A DNA stretch of 64,000 nucleotides from a virus. The notes under the pieces were generated by a model, which saw nothing but the letters and a program-made list of their open reading frames with translations, made no database searches and was not told where the DNA came from. Below, piece after piece: positions 35,945 to 45,593 of the stretch; the stretch's first letter is position 1, and every line of letters begins with the position of its first letter. The DNA lies in IMG/VR virus record IMGVR_UViG_3300010367_000050, positions 1 to 64,000 of that record. One strand, written 5' to 3'. A program made the position numbers and the translations under genes.

Positions 35945-38302
35945 CTATCTCCCAGATGCAGTCTCACCCTGCTGATGAGTTGTAACCGCGTTACCCACCG
36001 CACGCCCGTCAAGCTTGACTGTGCTGTTGACTTGGATAGGCCGTCTGCTCATGTCTCGGGTAGCAGTAGCCAGCTGTTGAACATGCTGCTGTGTAATCGC
36101 GTGCTGCGAGTCTTGTCTATTCTGATTAGCTGATTGCGGTCCAATCAGAGCATCAGCGTGTTCACGCGGGAGAGTTCCTTGTGGAGTCAACAGAGTCATC
36201 GTCTCTCCGGCCATTGCTGCCCCAATGCCAGGGATGATCGATAAGGCTGCTCTGACAGCCACGCCCAGAGCTTCAAATTTGGAGATGATCCAGTCAATGG
36301 CTTTCTGAAACGTGTTGCTTATCCAAGATGTGAACTCTCCAAACCAAGACTTGAGCAACCCCCAGTTCTGAATAATGAGGATGGGCAGAGCAAACCACGG
36401 AGCTAACATCGTGATGGCTGTCTTAGCCGCCGTCCCAAGCCCGGTGAACCATCCAACAATCTCATTGCGGTATCGCAAGAACGCGATAATGCCTACAACT
36501 AGCGCAGCAATAGCGGCAATCACTAATCCAATCGGATTGGCAGTCATAGCCGCGTTCCACGCCCATTGTACGGCTGTGGCAATTCTGGCGGCTGCGGTGA
36601 AAGCAATGGTGACAGCGTTAGCGATTCCTACAGCTACAGCACCGGCTGCGGTAGCCACTCTCCATACAGCAATAGCCGCCGTCCAAGCTATCTGAGCGGC
36701 TGTCGCCACAATAACTCCAACACGGTAGGCGGCTACAGCAAAGATAAGGGCACCCATTGTGACCCCAAATGCTTTCCAAACGCCGGAGCCCATGCTGGTT
36801 CCGAGAAGTCCCAAAGTTTCAAGCAGACGCATTCCGGCCCATACCAATCCCCACAGAGGCGCGGTGACCCACAGAACTGCTGATGTTAGGTATCCCATCA
36901 CCTCGATAGCAATCTGGATACCTTCAACTAAGCCAGTAACAAACTTGTATGCTCTGTAGAAGATCATGAACAACTCTGTAACAATACCGGTCAACCCGTT
37001 CTTGGCTAAGGCATCGGCTGTTGAGCCTGACAATTGACCAATTCCATTCTTCATGGACATCACAAGCTGTACCATAGCTGTGCCTACAAGAATGGTCTTA
37101 TCCCAGAAGCTCTTCAGCACGTCACCAATTCCAAGGAAATTGTTCTTGACGGCTACATAGATCAATCCTGCTGCTACCAAGAACCAACCCACGGGTCCGG
37201 AGAGCGCGAGTAGGCTCTGGCCTAGAGCAGCTACCTGTTGCGCTCCCATGACGAACTGAACGAACTTCCATACGCCCAGCAGAATAAGTGTCGCGCCTGC
37301 TGCGTTGAGAACTGCTCCAGTCAAAGCTATCACAGCTATAGCCAACTTAGTAAAACCAGGATGCTGTTGGGCTAGTGTCATAAACCAGATAGCCAGCCGC
37401 CCGATGGGAGCTAGCAGAGCCGTTGCGCCTTTGAGAACCCACGCCAGTCCATCACCTACCGCCTTTGCGAATGGGATTACCACAGATGGGTCGAACACGT
37501 CCAGTACAGCCTGTAGAATCTGCTTGATCTGGGGTTTGATGCGGTCACCGATCTGAGCCCCAAGAATGATCAACTGATCCTGAACGTTGGACCACATACC
37601 AGGGATAGTGCCCATGTACATCTTCATGCCACCGGCAAACTTGGCTTCAATAACCTTGTTGACTGCGGCCAAGAATTTCTCTGGGTCAGCACCCTTGACG
37701 GTTCTGTGAGTCTTGGGGTCAATTGGGCCTCCAGCTTCCTGAATATCCTGGTAGCTAATGCCACGTACCTGCATAAACCGCATGGCCTGTGCGTAGGCTC
37801 CGGTGCGGACCTTACCAAGGATCATGGCAGCATAGTCAATGGGCATCTGCATCATCGAGGCCCATTCTCCGGCGGTCTGAAGTTCCTTCATGACTCGTTG
37901 AGACGTAAAACCAAACGCCAATAGGTTCTTGGCGCCAGCCATGACCTGTGGAATAGTGAACGGGGTCTTCACAGCGAATGTCGTCAGCTGCTCAAACAGA
38001 TTGTCGCCCACAGTCGCGTCCCTAGCCATCAACCTGATCTGATTACGCAATATTTCCAAGTCATTTGACGACTTGAGGGACACCTTACCGATGCCCCCCA
38101 AGAACGCCATGAGTCCAGTACCAAGGAACATAAGGCTGCTTCCGGCTCCCATCAACTTCCAACCATTGTTGATCTGATTCTGGTTGTTGATGATAGCATT
38201 GGTGAGGTTCTTGGATGAACTCACAATGGCCTGGCTAGGGGCAGAGAACATGTTGCGTAGTTGTACCGTCACTCCCATTCCCAGCATATCTGTCAAAGCC
38301 AT
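35945..38302 (-). CDS. tape measure protein
   Basis: FAVKTPFT, TIPGMWSNVQD, AWNAAMTANPIGLVIAAIAAL; follows the tail chaperone. Confidence 0.93.
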   Translation of the reverse strand: MALTDMLGMGVTVQLRNMFSAPSQAIVSSSKNLTNAIINNQNQINNGWKLMGAGSSLMFLGTGLMAFLGGIGKVSLKSSNDLEILRNQIRLMARDATVGDNLFEQLTTFAVKTPFTIPQVMAGAKNLLAFGFTSQRVMKELQTAGEWASMMQMPIDYAAMILGKVRTGAYAQAMRFMQVRGISYQDIQEAGGPIDPKTHRTVKGADPEKFLAAVNKVIEAKFAGGMKMYMGTIPGMWSNVQDQLIILGAQIGDRIKPQIKQILQAVLDVFDPSVVIPFAKAVGDGLAWVLKGATALLAPIGRLAIWFMTLAQQHPGFTKLAIAVIALTGAVLNAAGATLILLGVWKFVQFVMGAQQVAALGQSLLALSGPVGWFLVAAGLIYVAVKNNFLGIGDVLKSFWDKTILVGTAMVQLVMSMKNGIGQLSGSTADALAKNGLTGIVTELFMIFYRAYKFVTGLVEGIQIAIEVMGYLTSAVLWVTAPLWGLVWAGMRLLETLGLLGTSMGSGVWKAFGVTMGALIFAVAAYRVGVIVATAAQIAWTAAIAVWRVATAAGAVAVGIANAVTIAFTAAARIATAVQWAWNAAMTANPIGLVIAAIAALVVGIIAFLRYRNEIVGWFTGLGTAAKTAITMLAPWFALPILIIQNWGLLKSWFGEFTSWISNTFQKAIDWIISKFEALGVAVRAALSIIPGIGAAMAGETMTLLTPQGTLPREHADALIGPQSANQNRQDSQHAITQQHVQQLATATRDMSRRPIQVNSTVKLDGRAVGNAVTTHQQGETASGR

Positions 38303-38478
38303 CACTTACCTCCGGATGCAACTGATTCCTCGTACTCCAACTGCTTTTTGTGAATGTGTAGCAAGATTGCTCGTTCCGTTACTGTAAGCTCAAGAAAGTC
38401 ATTCCAACCCAACGGGGCTCCACCTTTGGCAAGAAAATACCAATCGGCTAGTAGTCCATGTTGGGGGTTATAAAATTT
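38302..38478 (-). other. -1 frameshift extension of the tail chaperone (gpGT equivalent)
   Basis: Slippery A AAT TTT at 38478-38472; -1 frame open (YNPQHGLLADWYFLAKGG...ASGGK) to a TGA overlapping the tape-measure ATG. Confidence 0.85.
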
Positions 38479-39197
38479 GGCTGCTCAATCAGGTTGAACA
38501 CGACTTCAGCACCGCAACTTGGGCAAGGCAGTTTCACCGTGGAGTCAAGCTCGCCTTCATTGGCACGGACCTGCTTGCGAAGTTCATTCAAGTACTTCTC
38601 TTGCATCTTGCCGAGTTCCAGCGGAACCCAGGTTTCTTCCACTTTGACATGGACGCTGCGAAGGGACAAGTCAGTTAGGCTGTCCGCATTCTGGCGCATA
38701 CGCAGGATACGCATCTCATCGTTTCCATCAAGCGGTTTGAACTTCATCTTCATCCCAAGCACGTCAATCTCGATGATCCGGGAATCCCCATTCGGGTAAG
38801 GGCGAACTTGGAACGCTGTGGGGTCGTTGAGATCCACTTCCCAATCATTGCGAACCTTGCACTGTGGGCACTCAGTGGCAAACTCGAATGAGTCCCCAAT
38901 ACTGTGTCGCCGAATCTGGAACAACAGGGTGGTGCGGTCTCCCGACAGCATGTCGAGAACAAATTGTAACCGCTTGTTGTCATCGGCAGGCAGGGCGTCT
39001 TCACCCACCGTCTCAGTGCAGTTAGCCAGGAGTTCCTGAATCGCCATACCGTTCATGAGCTTGGAGCGATTCATGAAATTCCGCTGGTCCGCGCCGGTCA
39101 TCTCCCGCACAGTAGCTTTCTTGCCGCTTGGAAGGGTTACGTCAACCGGAGCACGATTGCCGTACAATGCTGCTAAGATTTCGTTCTGTTCTGTCAT
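38448..39197 (-). CDS. tail assembly chaperone / T4 gp26-like hub assembly protein (gpG equivalent)
   Basis: VTLPSG..VREMTG, CPQC and CPSC pairs; between tube and tape measure. Confidence 0.8.
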   Translation of the reverse strand: MTEQNEILAALYGNRAPVDVTLPSGKKATVREMTGADQRNFMNRSKLMNGMAIQELLANCTETVGEDALPADDNKRLQFVLDMLSGDRTTLLFQIRRHSIGDSFEFATECPQCKVRNDWEVDLNDPTAFQVRPYPNGDSRIIEIDVLGMKMKFKPLDGNDEMRILRMRQNADSLTDLSLRSVHVKVEETWVPLELGKMQEKYLNELRKQVRANEGELDSTVKLPCPSCGAEVVFNLIEQPNFITPNMDY

Positions 39198-39207
39198 GTA
39201 TTCCTCG

Positions 39208-39243
39208 CAAAAAGTAAGGGTCAGGATGGTTGTCCTGACCCTT
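39208..39243 (-). terminator. terminator after the tail tube gene
   Basis: AAGGGTCAGGA/TCCTGACCCTT stem followed by ACTTTTT on the minus strand. Confidence 0.75.
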
Positions 39244-39269
39244 TTGTAATGTGAGGATTGAAATCAGCA

Positions 39270-39806
39270 CTAGGAAAGAACGACGGTGCTCCCGATGTTC
39301 ATGCCATTCGAGCTAACCCCGCCACTGACTTGAACCGAGCCAGACGTGGGAATGTAGCGGTCCACGTTGAACTTCAGCTTGTCGATGGCGTTACCCTCAC
39401 CAAGCTTGTCGAGGTCAGCCAGATCGATATCAGCCGGATAAACTCCCCAGAGTTCATGGCGCTCCACAATCGTGACACCATCAGCAGAGTACTCCACGAT
39501 TGAGATGTTCTTCTTGTAAATCTCCGGAGTTGCCATGGCGCCGGATTGAAGATTGACGATGAGAGCAAGCCAATCCTTCCACCAGACAGCTGCTGACTCC
39601 GAGGGTTTGAGGGTTTCCATCTCAAGCTGCCCGAAGTTGACGCGGGAAGCTGTGTTGACGGTGAAGGGGCCATCGCCATGCTTGGCGGAGGCGACTTCAA
39701 ACTTGGGAAGCTTGACCTTCTGCGCATAAGCAGTATCAAGTCCTTCCACTTCCACCGCAAAGCGGTAGACTTTGCGCGGATTGATTTGACGTCCAATTGC
39801 TGCCAT
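39270..39806 (-). CDS. tail tube protein (T4 gp19-like)
   Basis: YRFAVEVEG, WWKDW, YKKNISIVEY, GVYP..DLD. Confidence 0.9.
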   Translation of the reverse strand: MAAIGRQINPRKVYRFAVEVEGLDTAYAQKVKLPKFEVASAKHGDGPFTVNTASRVNFGQLEMETLKPSESAAVWWKDWLALIVNLQSGAMATPEIYKKNISIVEYSADGVTIVERHELWGVYPADIDLADLDKLGEGNAIDKLKFNVDRYIPTSGSVQVSGGVSSNGMNIGSTVVLS

Positions 39807-39833
39807 TTTACAGTATCTCCTTAGTGGACTTGT

Positions 39834-41321
39834 TTACTGCTCGCTCACAGAAGCCTGGAACAGGCTCTGAAGGTTGTTGACCTGGATGGTGAACAGAATA
39901 TTGCGGATGTAGCCGATGGGGGTGAACGCGATGAGCGTCTTGTAGGTTCCCACGGCCAGATCATCAGGCTGGTTGTACTGGGCGTCAGTCACAACCGAAG
40001 CTTCCTGATCACCAATATAGCTCCATCCCGAATAGATGGCGCGGTTGGCTTCGTAGTTCTGAAGGATTGGAAGTGCCTTCAGGTACGCTTTCCGCCAGCT
40101 GACCGGGTCCATCGGGTCAAACAGGATGCTCTTGAACAGTGGAGTCAGCTTGCGGTTCATGTCCACCAACAGGCGACGGACATGAATTTGATTGAAGGCT
40201 GATCCATTGGTGTCCTTCAGGAAAGTGTCAGCACCCCAGACACACGCTCCAAAGTCAGGGTCATTGCCGACAATGTTGATACCCAGAGTGGAAAGGTTAT
40301 CAGCATCGTCAACGTTGGCCGGAGAAAGCAGGTTGTTTGCAAAGCTCTTGATGTTGGGAATCACCCCACGAGTTCCGCCTGCCGGCGCACGGTAGATGTT
40401 GCCAGACAGAGTATCGCTGTAGGACCACACTGCTGCGACATCCAGCAGGCAAGGGCCAGCTACGTCTGCTTGATCTTCCACGCTGAACGCCGTTGTTAGC
40501 GAACTGCGGTATCCAGCAAGGTAGCTGGAGTTGAAGTTGAGTCCGGCAGCAAAGGTGGTAGCCTGGGCTGCGGACGAAGCCGGGTCAACCTCGAACAAGC
40601 CGATCACGTCACCACGACCCTCAGCGTAAGCCTTCAGGTTCTGAATGTGGGTTGAGGTGTAGATGCCCATGGCAAACACCGAGGTCAAGCCGACAACGTC
40701 ATCGAACTTGGTTAGCAAGTTGTTGATGGCAGTTGCCTTCGCGGTGTCATCAGCAAATGCTCCATCGGTTCCGGTTGCGAGATACACCGGGACGCCGGCA
40801 GTGGCAGGGGGCTCCGTATAGCCAGCTGTGGTGGTGATTACGATGCGCTGAGATTTGGCGTTCACCGTGGCAATAAGGTTATCTAAGCTGGTGCCCGTGA
40901 AGGTCTCCTCCAGCGAAGGGTTGGTGGGATACCGGACAATCAGCTTGTTCACGCCGCTGGCAACCGGGAAGTATTCAATCCCCAGCTTGGCGTTGGCCCA
41001 GCTTCCCAAATCCTTGGCAGTCACAGTGACCTTGGGGCCAACCCAGGTGTACAATGCCGCTGTTGCGCCGGTGGCGATGAGGCGAACGATGTAAAGTGTC
41101 GTACCGCGTACAAGTGCACGGCGAATCTGAGGATAGAATGGGGATTGAGTCCCATTCGCACCGAATAGTCGCTTGAACTGATCGACCGTGCTGACCTTAT
41201 ATGCCTTGTCAGCCTGGCCAAACAGAGTGGGGACGACGACACCATGGATTCCTGACAGGGACACTGCCGGAACCAGGGAGTTGTCTATCGTCAAAGATGA
41301 TGTTTTCGGAAGTCCTGCCAT
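39834..41321 (-). CDS. contractile tail sheath protein
   Basis: FKRLFG, APAG..RG, GINIV..VWGADT, IHVRRL, LFDP. Confidence 0.93.
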   Translation of the reverse strand: MAGLPKTSSLTIDNSLVPAVSLSGIHGVVVPTLFGQADKAYKVSTVDQFKRLFGANGTQSPFYPQIRRALVRGTTLYIVRLIATGATAALYTWVGPKVTVTAKDLGSWANAKLGIEYFPVASGVNKLIVRYPTNPSLEETFTGTSLDNLIATVNAKSQRIVITTTAGYTEPPATAGVPVYLATGTDGAFADDTAKATAINNLLTKFDDVVGLTSVFAMGIYTSTHIQNLKAYAEGRGDVIGLFEVDPASSAAQATTFAAGLNFNSSYLAGYRSSLTTAFSVEDQADVAGPCLLDVAAVWSYSDTLSGNIYRAPAGGTRGVIPNIKSFANNLLSPANVDDADNLSTLGINIVGNDPDFGACVWGADTFLKDTNGSAFNQIHVRRLLVDMNRKLTPLFKSILFDPMDPVSWRKAYLKALPILQNYEANRAIYSGWSYIGDQEASVVTDAQYNQPDDLAVGTYKTLIAFTPIGYIRNILFTIQVNNLQSLFQASVSEQ

Positions 41322-41372
41322 GTTCCACTTCTCCTCTCACAGATATTGCTTCGTGGATTGTTAGAGTTGGCC

Positions 41373-41984
41373 TCAAGATTGAGGAGTGTATTCAAAATCA
41401 ACGTTGATTGTCTTGATCGCCGGAACAGTTTCGGTGGCTGTCGGAAAGTCAAAGACCTCAAAGCGGATATTGAAAATTCTGGAGTAAAACTCCTGATCGG
41501 GCTGGTCTCGGTTGATGTAGCCTGCGTAGTTGTAATTTACAAAGCTGCTTGTGAACCCTCCGACAGCATCTCCATTTCCGTCAGTGATAGTGGAATCCCA
41601 CACGTGCATAATTCCCCTGGGGGGGAACGTGTCGTGTACAATTTGTTGAAATTGGCGCATCCAGGTTACAGAATCCGTCTGAATCTCGATCTGATAAATG
41701 CGGTCATACGCCTTGGGCCAGTCTGACCTCACGTAGCTATCAACCTTGTTGTTCACTACAACAGGATCAAGAAACTGAGCTTTGGTACCGCCGCCATTGC
41801 CCGGATTGAATACATCAGTCACCTGCATAACGCTGAATACCGCGTGCTGGTTCTTCAAGTCGGCTTTGGTCACCATGCTGTTCAGAACTGGCTTATCGAT
41901 GTTCTTGGCAGCGAGAGCTTGCTTCAACTTCTGTTGAATACTCCGTTCGATCTCTGTGTAGCAGTCCAGTAGTTCAGGCATCAT
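41373..41984 (-). CDS. tail terminator / completion protein (putative)
   Basis: Position immediately before the sheath; YQIEI..beta-rich pattern. Confidence 0.55.
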   Translation of the reverse strand: MMPELLDCYTEIERSIQQKLKQALAAKNIDKPVLNSMVTKADLKNQHAVFSVMQVTDVFNPGNGGGTKAQFLDPVVVNNKVDSYVRSDWPKAYDRIYQIEIQTDSVTWMRQFQQIVHDTFPPRGIMHVWDSTITDGNGDAVGGFTSSFVNYNYAGYINRDQPDQEFYSRIFNIRFEVFDFPTATETVPAIKTINVDFEYTPQS

Positions 41985-42526
41985 CTTTCTCCTAAAGGCT
42001 TTCCAGTAGCCATCGCTTTGATATCCTGCGTGGCCCAGTACACAGCTGTCCCAATTCGGCTTTGGTTCACGCGCTTGTTATGCTCGTTCAGAGGTCTCCA
42101 GAGGGGTCTCGGAGGAATCTTGACATTGAACTCCTCCCAGCCATACTCCAACAGTTCAGCAATGTTGTACAAGGGAATGTCGTTCTTGTTCATGGGACCC
42201 TCAGTACGCATCAAACCGACAGTACCAGTGATTACAGACCCTTCGTCTGCTACTTGGTTGGTTATGGCCTGTAAATACGTGGAGGTCATTATGTAAATCT
42301 GCTCAGAGTAACCCTTGTGTTTTTTCCACTCTACATACCATTCCTGGAGAGCAGTCCAGCTGGTTCCGTCAGCGGCAACCTGATTCTGGATGGATAGGAC
42401 AGCATCGCGCTCCATAGCCTGTACGATCTGCTGTACGGCTCTGATCAAACGTGCTTTGATCTTTGGCTCCAGTTGCTGGAGTAATGGGAGATTGTTATTG
42501 TCAATGGTGAGTTCAACTGTGTACAC
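41981..42526 (-). CDS. neck / virion morphogenesis protein
   Basis: DGTSWTAL, LEYG..IPPRPLWRP. Confidence 0.75.
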   Translation of the reverse strand: MYTVELTIDNNNLPLLQQLEPKIKARLIRAVQQIVQAMERDAVLSIQNQVAADGTSWTALQEWYVEWKKHKGYSEQIYIMTSTYLQAITNQVADEGSVITGTVGLMRTEGPMNKNDIPLYNIAELLEYGWEEFNVKIPPRPLWRPLNEHNKRVNQSRIGTAVYWATQDIKAMATGKPLGER

Positions 42527-42527
42527 C

Positions 42528-42965
42528 TTACTCCACCCATTCCAATTCCACTTCCCACAAGAGCGTGCCTAGATCGCTGAACTGCGCAGAGGGTGTTGCC
42601 ATCCTGATCTCGTACTCTTTGCCAGCGTATGGGCCATCCGAGAAGAGGATGCAGTCAGCTTCGCTGTCAATGACAATGTTTTGCGCGTCCAGGTCGGCTT
42701 TCCAGAAGTACAGGCGCCAAGTTTCCTGGCCTCGCTGACCCATATCTGATTTTGCTACGTTCTTGTACCTACCCGATTCACCAACGCTATACTCGAAAAG
42801 CGCGACGAGAGGTTTATCAGAGGTAGTTGAGACAGGATGTTCGCCATACGTATCGACTCCGGTAACCCGCTTTCGCAGGACGACGTTCTGCTTGAAGAAC
42901 GTATCTCTGACGTCCTTGAGGGCACTAAACACAGTTTGGAGGTCATCTGTAGACAAGAGGTCCAT
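42528..42965 (-). CDS. head closure protein (putative)
   Basis: Beta-rich 145 aa, position in the neck module. Confidence 0.55.
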   Translation of the reverse strand: MDLLSTDDLQTVFSALKDVRDTFFKQNVVLRKRVTGVDTYGEHPVSTTSDKPLVALFEYSVGESGRYKNVAKSDMGQRGQETWRLYFWKADLDAQNIVIDSEADCILFSDGPYAGKEYEIRMATPSAQFSDLGTLLWEVELEWVE

Positions 42966-42966
42966 G

Positions 42967-43455
42967 TTAGCAATCCTTTATGAAGTAGGCACCGGCCTGT
43001 ACAATGTAACCTTCTGACGGCCAGCAGTCTCCAGAGACAATCGACTGTAGGTACGCTGGCGGAATGGGCTCCTGCTGGAAGAACACGTTCTCAGCAGCTT
43101 CGTACATCACAAGTTCTTCAGTCCACAGAGGCAACAGAACCTTGTACAGGGAAGACACATTCTGGAATTCTACTTGGGCGGGTCCAGCGCCAGCCTTAGC
43201 CAGGACGCGGCCGGAAAACAGCTTGTTCACTACACCAATCACACTGATGGCGGCACGGAGAGCAATCATAACCTTCTGACGTTCATCAAGACGTGTCTCG
43301 TCAAGAGTGATGGGAGGAACGTCTTCTGGAAACAGGTATGTCCAGTAAAGAGCCATGGCCCCGTTCAACGCCGCTGCTATGTTGTACGAAGGCATCAACG
43401 TAGCAACATCAGGGATGTATGTCTGAAAGTAATCCTGAAGCGTGAACTGGGCCAT
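42967..43455 (-). CDS. head-tail adaptor (putative)
   Basis: Helical 162 aa with AGPAQVEF hairpin, position after the capsid. Confidence 0.55.
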   Translation of the reverse strand: MAQFTLQDYFQTYIPDVATLMPSYNIAAALNGAMALYWTYLFPEDVPPITLDETRLDERQKVMIALRAAISVIGVVNKLFSGRVLAKAGAGPAQVEFQNVSSLYKVLLPLWTEELVMYEAAENVFFQQEPIPPAYLQSIVSGDCWPSEGYIVQAGAYFIKDC

Positions 43456-43478
43456 GGCTTATCTCCGCTGGTTAGGGG

Positions 43479-43958
43479 TTAATTGTCGTCGCCAGATTCT
43501 TCTGCCTTGGCGCTCTTCTTGACCTTCTTGATGGCCTTGCTCTTCTTGGGGCTGTCTTCGTCGTCGTTGAGAGCTTCATCCAGTTCATCCACGTCCTCTT
43601 CGTGGTCGTCGCCAGCCGGAGGGTTGGGGCTCTCATAGAGGTCTTCGGCAGTCTCAACAGGTTCGGTTTCAACGTTCTCACCCTCCTGAACAGCCTTCTC
43701 GGATTCAGCCTCTTCTTTCTTGGCCTTCTTGAGCTCTGCCTTGAGGTCAGCCACGTACTGCTTGGCCTCAGTAAGAGTCATGGGAATCAGACCACCGTTT
43801 TGGATCCACTGACGCATATGATGGCTGACGGTGCTTTCCACCTTGGCAACCTTTTTGCCAGTGACGTTGATGCCGGTCTGGGTGTCCAGAAAATTGTGCT
43901 CGGTGTTGGCGAGGCGAATCCAGAACGGCGTTTGCAGGTTGTGTGCTTGTTTTGCCAT
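43479..43958 (-). CDS. hypothetical protein, acidic C-terminus
   Basis: Strong RBS, follows the major capsid gene. Confidence 0.7.
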   Translation of the reverse strand: MAKQAHNLQTPFWIRLANTEHNFLDTQTGINVTGKKVAKVESTVSHHMRQWIQNGGLIPMTLTEAKQYVADLKAELKKAKKEEAESEKAVQEGENVETEPVETAEDLYESPNPPAGDDHEEDVDELDEALNDDEDSPKKSKAIKKVKKSAKAEESGDDN

Positions 43959-43979
43959 CTTTTCCTTCTCCTTGATACT

Positions 43980-44011
43980 AGAAAAGCCCAGAGTTGGAGT
44001 CTCTGGGCTTT
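43980..44011 (-). terminator. terminator after the major capsid gene
   Basis: AAAGCCCAGAG-7nt-CTCTGGGCTTTTCT on the minus strand. Confidence 0.8.
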
Positions 44012-44032
44012 CCTGTGTTGTGTTCGAGTGGG

Positions 44033-45109
44033 TTAGTACAGAGGCGCCAGGAAGCTGGGGAACGCCGCCGTGCTGGACTTGTCGAGGATAACGCGCGCAT
44101 CACGGAACACGTTCATGAATCCCGTGGTGGTGGACACGTATGTGGAGTTGATCTGGCGCTGAACAATGCGGTCGGACTCCACGGTGAGCGGAACAGCGGT
44201 CAGCTGAACGGCGGCCAGGGTGGGGTCAACCATGAGCAGTTGGTTGGCGGGGATGGTGTTATGGGTGTAGGCGTCGATGTCACGCGGAACCGGGGTCTTG
44301 GTGTTCAGGCCCAGTTCGGAGTTGCCCACCTTGGCGGTCTTGCGGAACTCATCCATGTTCAACATGTAGTTGATCATGTCCTCGTTGCCGATAACCTTGG
44401 TCCACTTGCGGTTGCGGAGCGAACCACGTACGAACACCTTGATCAGGTCAGCATAGGTCATCGTGCCGTTGACGGCCACGCCGACTGTGCCCGAAGACTC
44501 GGAACCGTCAGCCTGATCGCCGTTGATGAGAACGCTGATCAGATCGCGGGTCAGGCGCGAACCCAGCTTGATGCCCACATCCTGGAGGAAGATGGATAGC
44601 ATGGAGACGCTGGTGTAACGGATGGCTTCGTCAACCAGTTCCAGGCCGATGCCGCGCTTGCCAATGTGTACGGTCTTCTGACCGTACTTCAGCGAACCCA
44701 GTTCCATGGACTCGCCGGCACCGAGGTCTTTGGGCTCGTTGTTGAGGCCAGTGGTGTCCCAGAACGGGGCAACCTGCGTGGGCTGCGCCACGGTCTCTTC
44801 ACGGATGATGAAGTCACGATAAATGGGGCTGTTGATGAAGCCCTTGCGAATGGCGTCACGGAAAATCTCCGGCACCAGCCAGCGTACGGCCTCGTCTTGG
44901 CGGTCCAGAATCTGGGTGACGGTCACGTTGGTAGGATCAATGGCCAGTTCCTCGTACAGTTTTTCAACTGTATAGGGCGTGGTATTGTCGCAGTCCATCG
45001 TGTAGTTGTCCTTCAGGTGCTGGGACAAAGTAACGTCAAAACCCTTCTGACGCTTCGCCTCCATCTCCTTGTGGAGTTTCTTGGGTGAAAGCTGTTCCTT
45101 CCGTTCCAT
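44033..45109 (-). CDS. major capsid protein (HK97 fold, putative)
   Basis: Start MERKEQ with AAGGAG RBS; WLVPEIF, KRGIGLELVDEA, LINGD; strongly biased codons; terminator downstream. Confidence 0.85.
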   Translation of the reverse strand: MERKEQLSPKKLHKEMEAKRQKGFDVTLSQHLKDNYTMDCDNTTPYTVEKLYEELAIDPTNVTVTQILDRQDEAVRWLVPEIFRDAIRKGFINSPIYRDFIIREETVAQPTQVAPFWDTTGLNNEPKDLGAGESMELGSLKYGQKTVHIGKRGIGLELVDEAIRYTSVSMLSIFLQDVGIKLGSRLTRDLISVLINGDQADGSESSGTVGVAVNGTMTYADLIKVFVRGSLRNRKWTKVIGNEDMINYMLNMDEFRKTAKVGNSELGLNTKTPVPRDIDAYTHNTIPANQLLMVDPTLAAVQLTAVPLTVESDRIVQRQINSTYVSTTTGFMNVFRDARVILDKSSTAAFPSFLAPLY

Positions 45110-45161
45110 GTTTGCTTGTCTCCTTGAATGAGGTTGAAGTTGCGTTGAGGGTGGGAAGGAA

Positions 45162-45542
45162 CTAGCCCCTGGGGACCACTGAGATGGTTGCGCCGGTGGC
45201 TCCACCGTTGAGAGCGATGCCGAAAGCAAGTGGAATATCCGTGGCGACTGTTGCCGGAGCCGCCGGAATCACTGTGTTTGCGGCAGACATCTTGACATTG
45301 TTGCCGGCAACGACAGCGGTTGCTCCAACCGTGACCTCGAAAATCTGAGCAGCAAAGAGTTCAACAACCACAGTGCCCTTGTACTTGTCGATGGTGATGA
45401 CGCGGCCAATGGCCCGGCCAGTCGTTGCGGTGGTAACCGTGAGGTCGCCGCTGATCTGGACCAGGTCATTCACCGCAGCCGTTGAGATGCTGGCGTGGGT
45501 GAAGCTCTGGGCTACAATCCCCTGACGCTGAAACTTGTTCAT
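45162..45542 (-). CDS. capsid decoration/cement protein
   Basis: 126 aa Ala/Thr/Gly-rich, FGIALNGGATGATISV, upstream of the capsid gene. Confidence 0.7.
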   Translation of the reverse strand: MNKFQRQGIVAQSFTHASISTAAVNDLVQISGDLTVTTATTGRAIGRVITIDKYKGTVVVELFAAQIFEVTVGATAVVAGNNVKMSAANTVIPAAPATVATDIPLAFGIALNGGATGATISVVPRG

Positions 45543-45593
45543 GTCTTTGTCTCCTGTTTCAAAGCTGGTTGAGTGTTGTTCGTTCAGTGAATA

